The translations under genes were made by a program, and so were the position numbers. Positions 23,942-32,996 of a DNA stretch of 55,819 bases are shown here, one piece after another (position 1 is the first letter of the stretch; every line of letters starts with the position of its first letter). Source of the DNA: Deltaproteobacteria bacterium UBA4427 (GTDB taxonomy: Bacteria > Myxococcota_A > UBA9160 > UBA4427); NCBI GenBank assembly GCA_963854795.1, contig CAWLAJ010000001.1:1-55819 (forward strand), in the 5' to 3' direction. The notes beneath the pieces were generated by a model that saw only the letters and a list, made by a program, of their open reading frames with translations, had not been told where the DNA came from and ran no database searches.

Positions 23942-24370
23942 TCAGTCTTCTCTCTTCGTGGCCCTTCGGCTCTCCGAAACGGTCGGGCGCAGCCAGACGA
24001 GCGCAAGCGAGATCATCAGGAATGCGCTGGCTTCGGTTCTCGGCAGATTTCCGAGCCAGACATAATAGTCGCCGACGAACCACACCATCATTCGAATCAC
24101 GGCCATCAGCGCAAAGACGAACGCGGTCATGGTACCGACCGAACGGGACGAGAGTGGATCGCGCGCCGCCCCGAGCAGACCACCGGCCCAACCCAGGAGC
24201 GCGCAGCCTGTAAACGCGACGAAATAGTGTCCGACCGGACCCGTCGGGATCATGGGTACCGAGCCCGGCCGCTGGTACGCGAAAAAAGTGGCGACCAGAC
24301 TGAGCCCGAAAACCAGGATCGCCACGGCGAGAATGCCCATCAAGAGTCGATAGAGTCGCAGGCGATTCAT
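23942..24370 (-). CDS. hypothetical integral membrane protein (about 4 TM helices)
   Basis: Hydrophobic segments LLMGILAVAILVFGLSLVATFF, HYFVAFTGCALLGWAGGLLGAA, MTAFVFALMAVIRMMVWFV and SAFLMISLALVWL. I prefer the start at ATG 24370. The track start at 24433 would be only 4 nt from the divergent MFS start. Confidence 0.5.
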   Translation of the reverse strand: MNRLRLYRLLMGILAVAILVFGLSLVATFFAYQRPGSVPMIPTGPVGHYFVAFTGCALLGWAGGLLGAARDPLSSRSVGTMTAFVFALMAVIRMMVWFVGDYYVWLGNLPRTEASAFLMISLALVWLRPTVSESRRATKRED

Positions 24371-24436
24371 CGCAGGGTATGATGCCGCATCGCACAGTCC
24401 CGTAGCAGGGGCGCGAAGGGATTTGAGAATCATTCG

Positions 24437-25798
24437 ATGGCGCGGTTAGAGGCACCAAAGCAGGGCGACGGTGACTCGCCGGGAGCTTCGACGCTCGAAC
24501 CATCACGCGAATCAATGCCCGCGACCGGAAACGAATCACTGAGCCAGTCGGATCGCGCACGGGGTCGGCGCCTTGCCCTGATGAGCCACCCGGCGGGCAA
24601 CGCTTTTTCCGTTGCGCTGACGGAATTTCTGCCCACGATCGCGCTCCTGTCGTTGGGGGCGGGCGAATCGATCGTCGGTGGCCAGAGCGCCGTGAGGACG
24701 TTCGCCAACCTGCTTCAGCTCCCCACGCTTCGTCGCGTCGCACGAATCCCGAAGCGAACGATCTTGCTCCGGGGACATCTGCTCGCCATCGTCGGGATGC
24801 TGCCGCTGCTGGCGTTTACGCCACTTCGCGAGGCCGCCCAGGCGGGGGATCCGTGGCCGGCCTGGATCGCCTTCGCCTCGCTCGCGGTCGCGGCCGCCGG
24901 AATCAGTATCTCGAGCACGGTCTGGTTCCCAATGCTGCGCGCCTATGTCGACCCCGACCGGATCGGCCGATTCTTCGGCCTGTTGCGTTCGGGCTGGCAT
25001 TTCACGCTGATCGTCTTCTATCTGGGCGCCGCCTACTGGCTCTCGCGTGCACCCGGGGATTTCGCGCCACTCTTCGCTGTCGTCCTGATCTTCGGCATCG
25101 TCCGCTTGCTGCTGATAGCGCGAATGCCCGAACAGAGCGAGCTCACCGATCAGGGCATCCGCGTGCGCGAGGCCTTCGCGCTCGTACGAAATAATCCCCG
25201 ACTGCGTCGCCTGCTGGCGACCGTGGGTAGTGGACAGGCGCTGCGCGTGTCGGTCCTGCCCTTTGCCCTGGTGATGCTTCGTCGAGAAGTCGGTTTCACG
25301 GAAGCGGAACTCCTCTCCACCTCGATCGCGATCTTCTCGGGCGGGCTCGCCTCGCTCTACTTCTGGGGTCGCGTGATCGATCGGCAAGGTGCCGCGATCG
25401 TATTCCAAGGTACATCGATCGGTTTGGCCCTTCTGACGCTCTCGTTGATCGTCGTTTCCACGAGCGGAGAAAACGCGTTCGGCGGCGCGCTGCTCTTCTT
25501 CTTTCTATATGCGATCCTGTCCTCCGGCTTCGGGATGGCGGACACCCATGTTCTCTTCAAGCTCACGCCCGTGGACTCGCCGGCCCGAACGCTCGTCGCA
25601 GCCGCCGTCAGTGTCGGCGTGGTCGCAGCTTTGGTCCCCTTCATAGCCGGCATCGCGCTCGAATACGGCCTTCGATCCGCCCCGGACCGATTGCTGGTCT
25701 ACCATGTCTTTTTCACGATCGCGGCAACCGTCCAGGCCATCAACTGGTGGCCGGCACGCCACTTCGGACTGGATCACGACCAGGAGACCTGGGCATGA
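24437..25798 (+). CDS. MFS-type transporter
   Basis: About 12 hydrophobic helices throughout. The start is uncertain; in-frame ATGs at 24515 and 24581 (MSHPAGNAF...) are equally plausible. The stop overlaps the thiI start (ATGA at 25795-25798). Confidence 0.7.
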   Translation: MARLEAPKQGDGDSPGASTLEPSRESMPATGNESLSQSDRARGRRLALMSHPAGNAFSVALTEFLPTIALLSLGAGESIVGGQSAVRTFANLLQLPTLRRVARIPKRTILLRGHLLAIVGMLPLLAFTPLREAAQAGDPWPAWIAFASLAVAAAGISISSTVWFPMLRAYVDPDRIGRFFGLLRSGWHFTLIVFYLGAAYWLSRAPGDFAPLFAVVLIFGIVRLLLIARMPEQSELTDQGIRVREAFALVRNNPRLRRLLATVGSGQALRVSVLPFALVMLRREVGFTEAELLSTSIAIFSGGLASLYFWGRVIDRQGAAIVFQGTSIGLALLTLSLIVVSTSGENAFGGALLFFFLYAILSSGFGMADTHVLFKLTPVDSPARTLVAAAVSVGVVAALVPFIAGIALEYGLRSAPDRLLVYHVFFTIAATVQAINWWPARHFGLDHDQETWA

Positions 25799-27324
25799 CG
25801 AGCGCCGCCACCGACACACGACTGCTTCTACTTCGCTTCAGTGGTGACCTGACCACCAAGGCCGACGCGACCCGCCGACGGATGACCTCGCGCCTGGTCG
25901 AGAATCTACGCGCCTCGATCAAGGCAAGCGGCCGAAAGGCCCGCGTCACAAAAGATCGCAATCGCATCTACGTCGAACTCGAATCCGGAGCGGGACCCGA
26001 TGACGACGAAATGGCGACGCGTCTCGCGCGGGTGTTCGGGGTTGAATCCGTTTCGCTTTGTCATGTAGAACCGTGGTCGACGCTCGAAGATGTGGTTCGC
26101 TTCGGAGTGATCTTCGGCGAGGATTTCGTGCGCGATAAACGCTTTGCGATTCGTGCCAGGCGGGTCGGGGACCGCAACGAAGTTCCGCTTCGCTCACCGG
26201 ACATCGAACGCGATCTCGGCGAAGCGCTGCGACCGATTGCCGCACGCGTCGACCTGACGACTCCCGAAGCCACGATCTACGTCGAAGTCGATTCTGATCA
26301 TGCCTACTATTTCGTCGCGACGCAGAGAGCGGCCGGTGGTCTTCCCCTCGGCACTGGAGGTCGGGCGGTCAGCCTGCTCTCGGGCGGCTTCGATTCACCC
26401 GTCGCTTCGTGGCGACTACTGCGTCGCGGTGTCGCCCTCGACTACGTCTTCTGCAATCTCGGCGGCCGCACTCATCAACTCGAAACGCTCACGATCGCCA
26501 AGCGACTCGCCGACCTCTGGCAATGCGGATCGCGGCCTCGCTTTCATGCGATCGACTTCGATCCCGTGAGCCGGGAAATCCAGGACAAGATCACGACTCG
26601 CTATTGGCAGATCATCCTCAAGCGGATGATGCTGCGCGCTGCCGAAGCCGTCGCCGCACGCTACGACGCTGCCGCAATCGTGACCGGCGAAGCGATCGGA
26701 CAGGTGTCGTCACAGACTCTTCAAAATCTCTCGGTGATCGCGGACGGAGCCCGACTCCCGATCCTTCGCCCTCTGGTTGGAAACAACAAGAACGAGATCA
26801 TCGCGGAATCGAAGTTGGTGGGAACCCACGATCTCTCTGCCAAGGTCGGTGAATACTGCGCCATCGTTCCCAGCCGACCGGCGACGAACGCGCGCCTCGC
26901 GGACATTCTCGAAGAAGAAACAAAACTCGACCCGACCGTGCTCGAGGCAGCGCTCGAGGGACGCAGTGAATTCATGCTCGCCGATGTCGACCTCGATGCC
27001 TGGATTGCTCCCGATCTCTCGACGAAGAATGTTGCCGCGAGCGATACCGTGATCGACCTGCGGACCAAGACGGACTTCGACTCCTGGCATTACCCCGAAG
27101 CGCTCTTTCTCGACTTCCCGAATGCGCTTCGCGCCTACGGAACCTTCACACCGAGCCAGAGTTATGTGCTCTACTGTGAATTCGGACTGAAGAGCGCCCA
27201 CCTGGCTGACCTCATGCGTCGCAAGGGCCTGAACGCACGGCATATCAGCGGCGGGCTGCGCGAGATGAAACGGATCGCCGAGGCGTCGGGGCTTGCCGAG
27301 AATTCGACCGCAGCGAAGCCCTAG
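25795..27324 (+). CDS. thiI: tRNA 4-thiouridine(8) synthase ThiI (THUMP + PP-loop + rhodanese)
   Basis: PP-loop LLSGGFDSPVASW, IVTGEAIGQVSSQTL, and a C-terminal rhodanese-like domain with CEFGLKS. The ATG at 25795 is preceded by GGAGA. Confidence 0.85.
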   Translation: MTSAATDTRLLLLRFSGDLTTKADATRRRMTSRLVENLRASIKASGRKARVTKDRNRIYVELESGAGPDDDEMATRLARVFGVESVSLCHVEPWSTLEDVVRFGVIFGEDFVRDKRFAIRARRVGDRNEVPLRSPDIERDLGEALRPIAARVDLTTPEATIYVEVDSDHAYYFVATQRAAGGLPLGTGGRAVSLLSGGFDSPVASWRLLRRGVALDYVFCNLGGRTHQLETLTIAKRLADLWQCGSRPRFHAIDFDPVSREIQDKITTRYWQIILKRMMLRAAEAVAARYDAAAIVTGEAIGQVSSQTLQNLSVIADGARLPILRPLVGNNKNEIIAESKLVGTHDLSAKVGEYCAIVPSRPATNARLADILEEETKLDPTVLEAALEGRSEFMLADVDLDAWIAPDLSTKNVAASDTVIDLRTKTDFDSWHYPEALFLDFPNALRAYGTFTPSQSYVLYCEFGLKSAHLADLMRRKGLNARHISGGLREMKRIAEASGLAENSTAAKP

Positions 27325-27333
27325 CCTCTCTTG

Positions 27334-27600
27334 TCACGCTTCCTTTGCGTCGGATTTAGTCCTCTCGAGACATGCTCGGCAGATGCAGCTCTCCCCGTCA
27401 TCCCGACTCGCCGCCGTGGCGAGCAGAATCGCGGGGAACGATTCGCCGACACACCAGCAAGTTTCATCGCTCTTCGCATCGCCACTGGCGAGTGCACACT
27501 CGTTGGGTTCACCGCAGAGTACGCAGCGACTTCGGTCGACGGTGATGCCAATGGAAATCCGGGTCCCCGCTGATGTCGATGAGTCCGCTGGATCAATCAT
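27334..27600 (-). CDS. cysteine-rich CWC-family small protein
   Basis: 88 aa with the pattern C-x2-C...C...C-W-C...C-x-C-x2-C (RCVLCGEPNEC...TCWCVGE...CICRAC). Confidence 0.6.
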   Translation of the reverse strand: MIDPADSSTSAGTRISIGITVDRSRCVLCGEPNECALASGDAKSDETCWCVGESFPAILLATAASRDDGESCICRACLERTKSDAKEA

Positions 27601-27616
27601 GACGCAAGGCCCTTCA

Positions 27617-28267
27617 TCAGCGATCGTCCCTGGATTTCGGGGCGTCGGTCTTCAACCGATCTGACTTCTCCCATTCGTCCAGTAATTCCTTGCGTTCCTC
27701 GAACGAAAGAGAGCGGAAGCGACGCATGCGTTCTCGGTAGTCGTCACGATCCGATTCCGACATCGACTTCCAGCGACCGACATTCTGTTCGAGTTCTGCC
27801 TTCGGACGATTGGCGATGTGTCGGAGTTCCGCGACCAACTCTCGTCGCTGGCCCTCGTCGAGATCGTCGATTGTCCGCAGTCGCTTTCGGAACACGTCTC
27901 GTTCTGCTTCGGGCATCGCAAAGAGAGCCCGCAGCAGCACGACTCGCTCGAGTTCGGTGAAGTCGGGAAGAGCGATTCTAAGTCCAGCCACTCCGCGACG
28001 AAAGACCCGACGCTCGCGCGGCGTCGCACGTTCCCATCTATCGCGAGCCGCCTTTCGCAAGGCTCGCCGTTCGTCTCGCGTCGTCGAACGCCAGCGCGAA
28101 TTCACGTCACGTTCCTCACTCCGAGTCGCTCGTTCCTGCGAATCGCCTTCCCGATCTCTTGCGAAGGCCGTATCCGAGACGCCTAACGCTCCAATCAGGA
28201 TCAGCAGAACGCCAACGATGGTCAACGCCTTCGACGTGCATCGAGATCGATCGAGATACGAAGTCAT
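27617..28267 (-). CDS. DUF3106-like secreted repeat protein
   Basis: Signal/TM segment ALTIVGVLLILIGALGV. Arg/Glu-rich repeats have recurring W..(A/M)(T/S)P.ER / ER..FR motifs. It overlaps the anti-sigma stop by 4 nt. Confidence 0.5.
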   Translation of the reverse strand: MTSYLDRSRCTSKALTIVGVLLILIGALGVSDTAFARDREGDSQERATRSEERDVNSRWRSTTRDERRALRKAARDRWERATPRERRVFRRGVAGLRIALPDFTELERVVLLRALFAMPEAERDVFRKRLRTIDDLDEGQRRELVAELRHIANRPKAELEQNVGRWKSMSESDRDDYRERMRRFRSLSFEERKELLDEWEKSDRLKTDAPKSRDDR

Positions 28268-28896
28268 CCTCGTTCCTCCAACTCGCCGACCGACGATTCG
28301 CGGGTCGAAAGAAAGTCGAGCAGATCGAGCTGCTCGATCACGTCCATGTCGTCGCTCGTGATCCCACGGAGTGGAGACATCTCATCCCCGTAACCCAGGA
28401 CCAGGACGAGTTCGTCTTCGAGGGCGCTGCCCATGATGTTGAAGTCGAATTCCTCGACGCCGGCCGGGTCTTTCGCATCCGCAACGACTTCAGCAGGTGC
28501 TTCCATCGTGTTAGGCTCCTGCGCCACGATGAGGTAGAACAAGAACGCGGCGGCGGCCGCAAGTAGCAGCGGGATGGCGGGTCGCTCCGAGAGCTTCCCG
28601 AGGCCACCGGCCACGAAGCGCGAGGGTCGCGATCCAGTAGACGCATCCGCTGAATCGAGATCGAGCCGCGCGCGCAGATTCGCGAGTGTCGATGCCAGGC
28701 GTTCTTCGCTGATCGATTCTTCCGCAAGCGCTTCGAGGTGGTGGTCGACTTCTTCGAAGGCGCGAGCGCGTTCGCGGTACAAGGGCTCGTCTGCCAACAA
28801 CGTCTCGAGTTCAGCGTGCTCCGCATTTGTGAGTCGACCATCCATGCGAGCCGAGAGCAGCTCGTCCAATCGATCCAGATCGTCGTGATCGTTCAT
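28264..28896 (-). CDS. anti-sigma factor (zf-HC2-less, single TM)
   Basis: Its position is immediately after the ECF sigma with an ATGA overlap (28893-28896). N-terminal MNDHDDLDRLDELLSARMDGRLTNAEHAELETLLA is typical of RseA/ChrR-like anti-sigma N-domains. TM segment IPLLLAAAAAFLFYLIV. Confidence 0.6.
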   Translation of the reverse strand: MNDHDDLDRLDELLSARMDGRLTNAEHAELETLLADEPLYRERARAFEEVDHHLEALAEESISEERLASTLANLRARLDLDSADASTGSRPSRFVAGGLGKLSERPAIPLLLAAAAAFLFYLIVAQEPNTMEAPAEVVADAKDPAGVEEFDFNIMGSALEDELVLVLGYGDEMSPLRGITSDDMDVIEQLDLLDFLSTRESSVGELEERG

Positions 28897-29495
28897 CGTC
28901 CCCCCTCCGCAATCGCATCGCTCGAGGCGACCATTCGATCGGCAAGGTTTGCGCGGGCACGGTGTACCAGGGACTTCACCGAGGCGACCGAGGTCTCCAG
29001 GACCTCTGCGATTTCTTCGTATGAATGACCCTCGACAGCGGCCAGCCACAGCGCGCTTCGCTGTCGTTCGGGAAGTTCAGACAACTCTGCGTCCAATCTC
29101 GAGACCGCCCGCCTGGTTTCGAGAACGGACAGCGCGCTCGGCCGATCGGAAACCAGCGTCAGGACCGGGGTCTTCCCATCGCGGTCGTCCATCCGATCCG
29201 TCGACAGATGGGGCATTCGTCGATGTGCGCGGTCGAGTTCGTTCAGAGCGAGATTTCGACCGATCCGAAAGAGCCAGGTCGAAAAGCGTGCCTCGGGCGA
29301 GTAGCGCTCCCTAGCACCATGAACTCGTATGAAGGTCTCTTGCACCAATTCTTCGGCCGTCGCTCGTTCTCGCACCATCCGCTCCAAATAGCGAAGGAGG
29401 GGACCCGCCCATTTGCCATAAAGATCCGAAAGGGCGGCTTGATCGCCATCGCGAAACGCGAGCATGAGCCGGATATCCGGATCACCGTTCTGCAT
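28893..29495 (-). CDS. ECF (sigma-70 family, group 4) RNA polymerase sigma factor
   Basis: Region 2 (ELVQETFIRVHGARERY, FSTWLFRIGRNLALNE) and region 4 HTH (GHSYEEIAEVLETSVASVKSLVHRAR). The SD GGAGCGGAGGTGA lies before the ATG. Confidence 0.85.
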   Translation of the reverse strand: MQNGDPDIRLMLAFRDGDQAALSDLYGKWAGPLLRYLERMVRERATAEELVQETFIRVHGARERYSPEARFSTWLFRIGRNLALNELDRAHRRMPHLSTDRMDDRDGKTPVLTLVSDRPSALSVLETRRAVSRLDAELSELPERQRSALWLAAVEGHSYEEIAEVLETSVASVKSLVHRARANLADRMVASSDAIAEGGR

Positions 29496-29603
29496 TTCAC
29501 CTCCGCTCCCATTCTGAACAGGCCAGGGGCGTCAGAGTTTCGCACGACCTTCGCAGCGCCCTCTAGGCGCATGGTCGACGATCACAGCGGGATTTTCAGC
29601 CGA

Positions 29604-30437
29604 TCAGGCCGATTCGAGCTTGCCCAGGAAATCGATCATCTCTCGATTGAAGACCTCGGTCTCTTCGATATTCACGATATGACCGGCGCCCGGGATGATG
29701 ACGTGCTGCGACTTCGGAAGCTTCGCAGCCATGACTTCAGCCGCACGCAAGAAGGGCTTGTCGTTCTCTCCGATCAGGACGAGCGCCGGCATCTCGAGTG
29801 TCGACAACTCGTCGATCACGGAGGGCGCCAATCCGGAGACCTCGCGCCCGAAGCGAGCGATTCCGGGAACACTCTGCGCGCAGATGGCAGCGGCCGCCGC
29901 GCGTGCGGCGGGCAGCTCGGGCTTCGCGCCGATACAGGTCGTACCGGCTCGGCCTTCGACGAAATCCAGGAAGCCGCGTGTCTCGAGAAAGTTCGCCGTG
30001 CGCTCGACCTGGGCGGCCCAGGCCGCCGCCGCATCCGGATTCTTGAAGCCGGGTCCCGCATCGATCAGGGCGAGTCCGGCAACCCGCTGGGGATGGCGAA
30101 CCGCGAAGTGGAGCGAGGCGAGTCCACCGAAGGAAAGACCTGCCGCGACGAAAGGCGAATCCGGCGTCGTGGCCTCGGCGACCGCCAGCAGATCCGTCAC
30201 CACGAGTTCGATCGAATAGGAATCCGGACCATCGGGGGCTTCGGAGTCTCCATGTCCACGAAGATCCCAGAGCACGACCGAATGTCCAGCCGCCACGATC
30301 GGCTCGACCTGACTTCTCCAGTTCTCGTGCGTCGTGCAATAGGCACAAGAGAAAATGATCGTTGGTCGCTTCGAGCCTTCCGCGCGATGATGCTCGTAGT
30401 AGATCGAAACACCGTCGTCCGTTTTCAGAGTGGCCAA
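29604..30437 (-). CDS. alpha/beta-fold hydrolase
   Basis: HGDSEAP, nucleophile elbow GLSFGG, and C-terminal GAGHIVNIE. The preferred start is the TTG at 30437 (MATLKTDDGVSIYY), with GGAGA 10 nt upstream and just after the sppA stop. The track start at 30533 would overlap sppA by 67 nt. Confidence 0.7.
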   Translation of the reverse strand: MATLKTDDGVSIYYEHHRAEGSKRPTIIFSCAYCTTHENWRSQVEPIVAAGHSVVLWDLRGHGDSEAPDGPDSYSIELVVTDLLAVAEATTPDSPFVAAGLSFGGLASLHFAVRHPQRVAGLALIDAGPGFKNPDAAAAWAAQVERTANFLETRGFLDFVEGRAGTTCIGAKPELPAARAAAAAICAQSVPGIARFGREVSGLAPSVIDELSTLEMPALVLIGENDKPFLRAAEVMAAKLPKSQHVIIPGAGHIVNIEETEVFNREMIDFLGKLESA

Positions 30438-30466
30438 AGGTGGAAGGTCTCCTGGTAGCTGGATCG

Positions 30467-32212
30467 CTAGTGAATTTCGATCATGATCGGGGGAATCAAG
30501 AGCGGAGTTGCACTCGGCAGATCGCGCGTCCATTCCGCAACTCGTTTCAATGGCTCCGGCAGATTCGCCGTCCAGTCGAGACGCGGACCCGCCGCTTCGA
30601 CCATCATGAACTGAAGGGCCTCGACGATCTGATCCGTGAGCGATCGAGCCCTCGGAAAGGGAATCAGAAAGACGTCGTCCGTCTCCGCGAGACTGACCGC
30701 CTCCTTGGCCCGACGCACCGCCGTGTATAGACCGCCCAACTCGTCCACCAGACCCCGTTCGAAGGCCTGACGCCCGGTCCAGACCCGCCCCTGCGCAATG
30801 GCATCGACCTCTTCGATCGTGAGATGCCGACCGTCCGAAACACGCGTCAGGAAGAGTTGATAGGTATCGAGCACGGAGGTCTGAAGCCGCGCGTGAGCGG
30901 CCGGCGACAGCTTCTCACTCGACAACAAGAAATCCGCATGGCGGCCACGGGTGAGAGAATCGATTCCGATCTCGAGCTTCTCGAGCAGGCCGCCGATCGC
31001 GGGCCGGAGCGAAAATACGCCGATCGATCCGGTCATCGACCCGGGATCGGCAACGATGACGTCCGCCGCCGACGCGACGTAATAGCCGCCCGAAGCGGCG
31101 ACATCGGAGAATGATGCGATGACGGGCTTGCCCATTGCTCGCGCGCGGCCGATGGACCGCCAGATCAACTCCGACGCCAGCGCCGACCCGCCAGGACTAT
31201 CGATTCGAAGGATGATGGCCGAGATTGCCGAATCTTCCGCAGCATCGAGGATCGCCTCCGAAATCGTGTCGGAGGCGAAGACCGGGGTCGAATTGAAGAG
31301 CGATCCACCGGAGCGGCCTTGAATGACCGTGCCGGTCCCGTAGATCAAGGCGAACTCGGCCTTGGCGTCGAACCCGAGTTCGGCGGGATCGATGCCCGCG
31401 TAGTCCCGGTGCCGAACGACCTGTTTCCCGATCCGTTCGAGGAGCTGGTCGAAATGCAATTCGCCATCGATCAGACCCATGGCCTCGAGCGTCTGACTTC
31501 TCACCGGCCCCGCATCGATGGCTTCCAGAATTTCCAGGGTCGACATATTTCGACCCGAAGCCAGGGCCGCGACGAATCGATCGAACGTGTCGTCGAGCAG
31601 CGAATTGGCCATCTCGCGTGAAGCCGGGGACATCGTGCGTTCCGCGAAGAGTTCGACGGCACTCTTGTACCGACCAGCGCGCGCCACATCGAATTCAACG
31701 CCGAGCGATTCCCAGAAGCCTCCGAGAAAGAGATACTCCGCCGCCATGCCCACGAGGGGAACCGCGCTCCCGGGGGCGACGTAGATCTCGTCCGCTGCAC
31801 ACGCAACGAATAGTTCCTTGTTGGCCGAGAAAGATTGCACTTCGAGGTGAGCGACGGTGTGGACCCCTCGGTCGCGAAGTCGGCCGATGGCGTCACGGAG
31901 TTCATCCGCCTTGCCCCAACCGATTCTCAGAGGCTGGATGCGCAGGACGACCGTGCCGAGTCGGTCGTCGCGCTCAGCGAGACTGAACATCGACAGAAGA
32001 CCGATGAAGGGTCGCGTCGAATCTCCCACCAATCGCGCCAAGGGTGAAGCGGCCGGCGCCTCGACATAGGAGCCGCCGAGTTCGATCACCAGCGTGCTCC
32101 CCGAAACGATCTCGACCTTCGCGTCGGTCGAGAACTGACGCGACACGAAAACCGCACCCAACACGAAGATCAACAGCAGGATCAGTAGTCGAAGTCTACT
32201 CGCAGTACCCAT
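30467..32212 (-). CDS. sppA: signal peptide peptidase SppA, 67K type (tandem S49 domains)
   Basis: N-terminal TM LRLLILLLIFVLGAVFV and two ClpP/crotonase-like S49 repeats. The catalytic Ser context is SDVAASGGYYVASAAD and the Lys region is present. Confidence 0.85.
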   Translation of the reverse strand: MGTASRLRLLILLLIFVLGAVFVSRQFSTDAKVEIVSGSTLVIELGGSYVEAPAASPLARLVGDSTRPFIGLLSMFSLAERDDRLGTVVLRIQPLRIGWGKADELRDAIGRLRDRGVHTVAHLEVQSFSANKELFVACAADEIYVAPGSAVPLVGMAAEYLFLGGFWESLGVEFDVARAGRYKSAVELFAERTMSPASREMANSLLDDTFDRFVAALASGRNMSTLEILEAIDAGPVRSQTLEAMGLIDGELHFDQLLERIGKQVVRHRDYAGIDPAELGFDAKAEFALIYGTGTVIQGRSGGSLFNSTPVFASDTISEAILDAAEDSAISAIILRIDSPGGSALASELIWRSIGRARAMGKPVIASFSDVAASGGYYVASAADVIVADPGSMTGSIGVFSLRPAIGGLLEKLEIGIDSLTRGRHADFLLSSEKLSPAAHARLQTSVLDTYQLFLTRVSDGRHLTIEEVDAIAQGRVWTGRQAFERGLVDELGGLYTAVRRAKEAVSLAETDDVFLIPFPRARSLTDQIVEALQFMMVEAAGPRLDWTANLPEPLKRVAEWTRDLPSATPLLIPPIMIEIH

Positions 32213-32375
32213 TTCGAATTCGGTCTCCTGAGCCTTTTCCTGGTTCTCTTGATCGATGCTTCGGCGGTTGGTTCTTCTCTGCCAACGGGCGCAGGCGACT
32301 CATCGAGAACTCGAAGAAGGTATCAGAGCCCACAACATTGGCAGCCAGCGGCAGTGTGGCTCGCCGTCGCCGCGA

Positions 32376-32907
32376 TCAGTCGACCCAGCCAAGCTGTCGG
32401 TCGAGTTCGTTTGCGAAGAGCTTCGAGAGCCCCGCGCTCTGCGCTCGATTCATCTTTTCGATCTTGAGACTCATGCCCATGCTCGTGGTCGAGAGCGTAG
32501 GCGCTCCCTGAGTCATGCTGGTCACGACGACGGCCGGAAATTCCGCGGCCTCTTCCTCGTGCTCGAGAGAAATCCTCAGGTAGGAAGTGTGTCCCGACGT
32601 CGGCGGCGAAGGGCCTGCAGACCATGATGCCCGCAGGCTTGATGTTGTCGATGATGTAGGACACGAGGGCCGCCCGGTTCGGGTAGGACAGCGCGAGTCG
32701 GGTCAAGTTGGATTGGCCCACCCGTCGCTTCCGGCCCTGGGACTGGATCGACCCTTTGTCCGTGAAGCACTTGCCGATTCGACCCCTCAGATCGAGATAT
32801 CGTTGATACTCGAGCGGCGTGACGCCCACGCCCACCCGCTTGCGAGCGAGCTCTCCGAACTCACGCATCAGAGGCATCAATTGTCTGATGTCGTCCGGAT
32901 TACGCAT
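32376..32907 (-). pseudogene. PilZ-type (myxobacterial TIGR02266-like) c-di-GMP receptor domain protein, apparently frameshifted
   Basis: Frame A runs from the ATG at 32907: MRNPDDIRQLMPLMREFGELARKRV...RKRRVGQSNLTRLALSYPNRAALVSYIIDNIKPAGIMVCRPFAADVGTH. After about 32590 only the +1 frame looks protein-like: SYLRISLEHEEEAAEFPAVVVTSMTQGAPTLSTTSMGMSLKIEKMNRAQSAGLSKLFANELDRQLGWVD, with stop at 32376-32378. Frame A afterwards becomes an Arg/Gly/His-rich, junk-like sequence. Confidence 0.5.
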
Positions 32908-32996
32908 GAACGGTCTATCGGCCGGATTCGGGCCGATCCGGGCGTCTGGGACCGCTGGGCGCGGTGGAAATGAGCTAATTCCGGTAGCCTGACGGC

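Noticed and set aside
23664-24743. 359-aa minus-strand ORF taken as a single protein
   Set aside because: Only its last 82 codons (from the ATG at 23912 with a good SD) look like protein, namely the redoxin N-terminus. The upstream 277 codons are Arg/Pro/Ser-rich and overlap the real membrane-protein and MFS genes.
29496-29603. ECF-type autoregulated promoter (GAAAC ... TCTGA-like words) upstream of the sigma gene
   Set aside because: The candidate -35 and -10 words are adjacent rather than 16-17 nt apart. I could not find a properly spaced GGAAC/CGTC-type pair.
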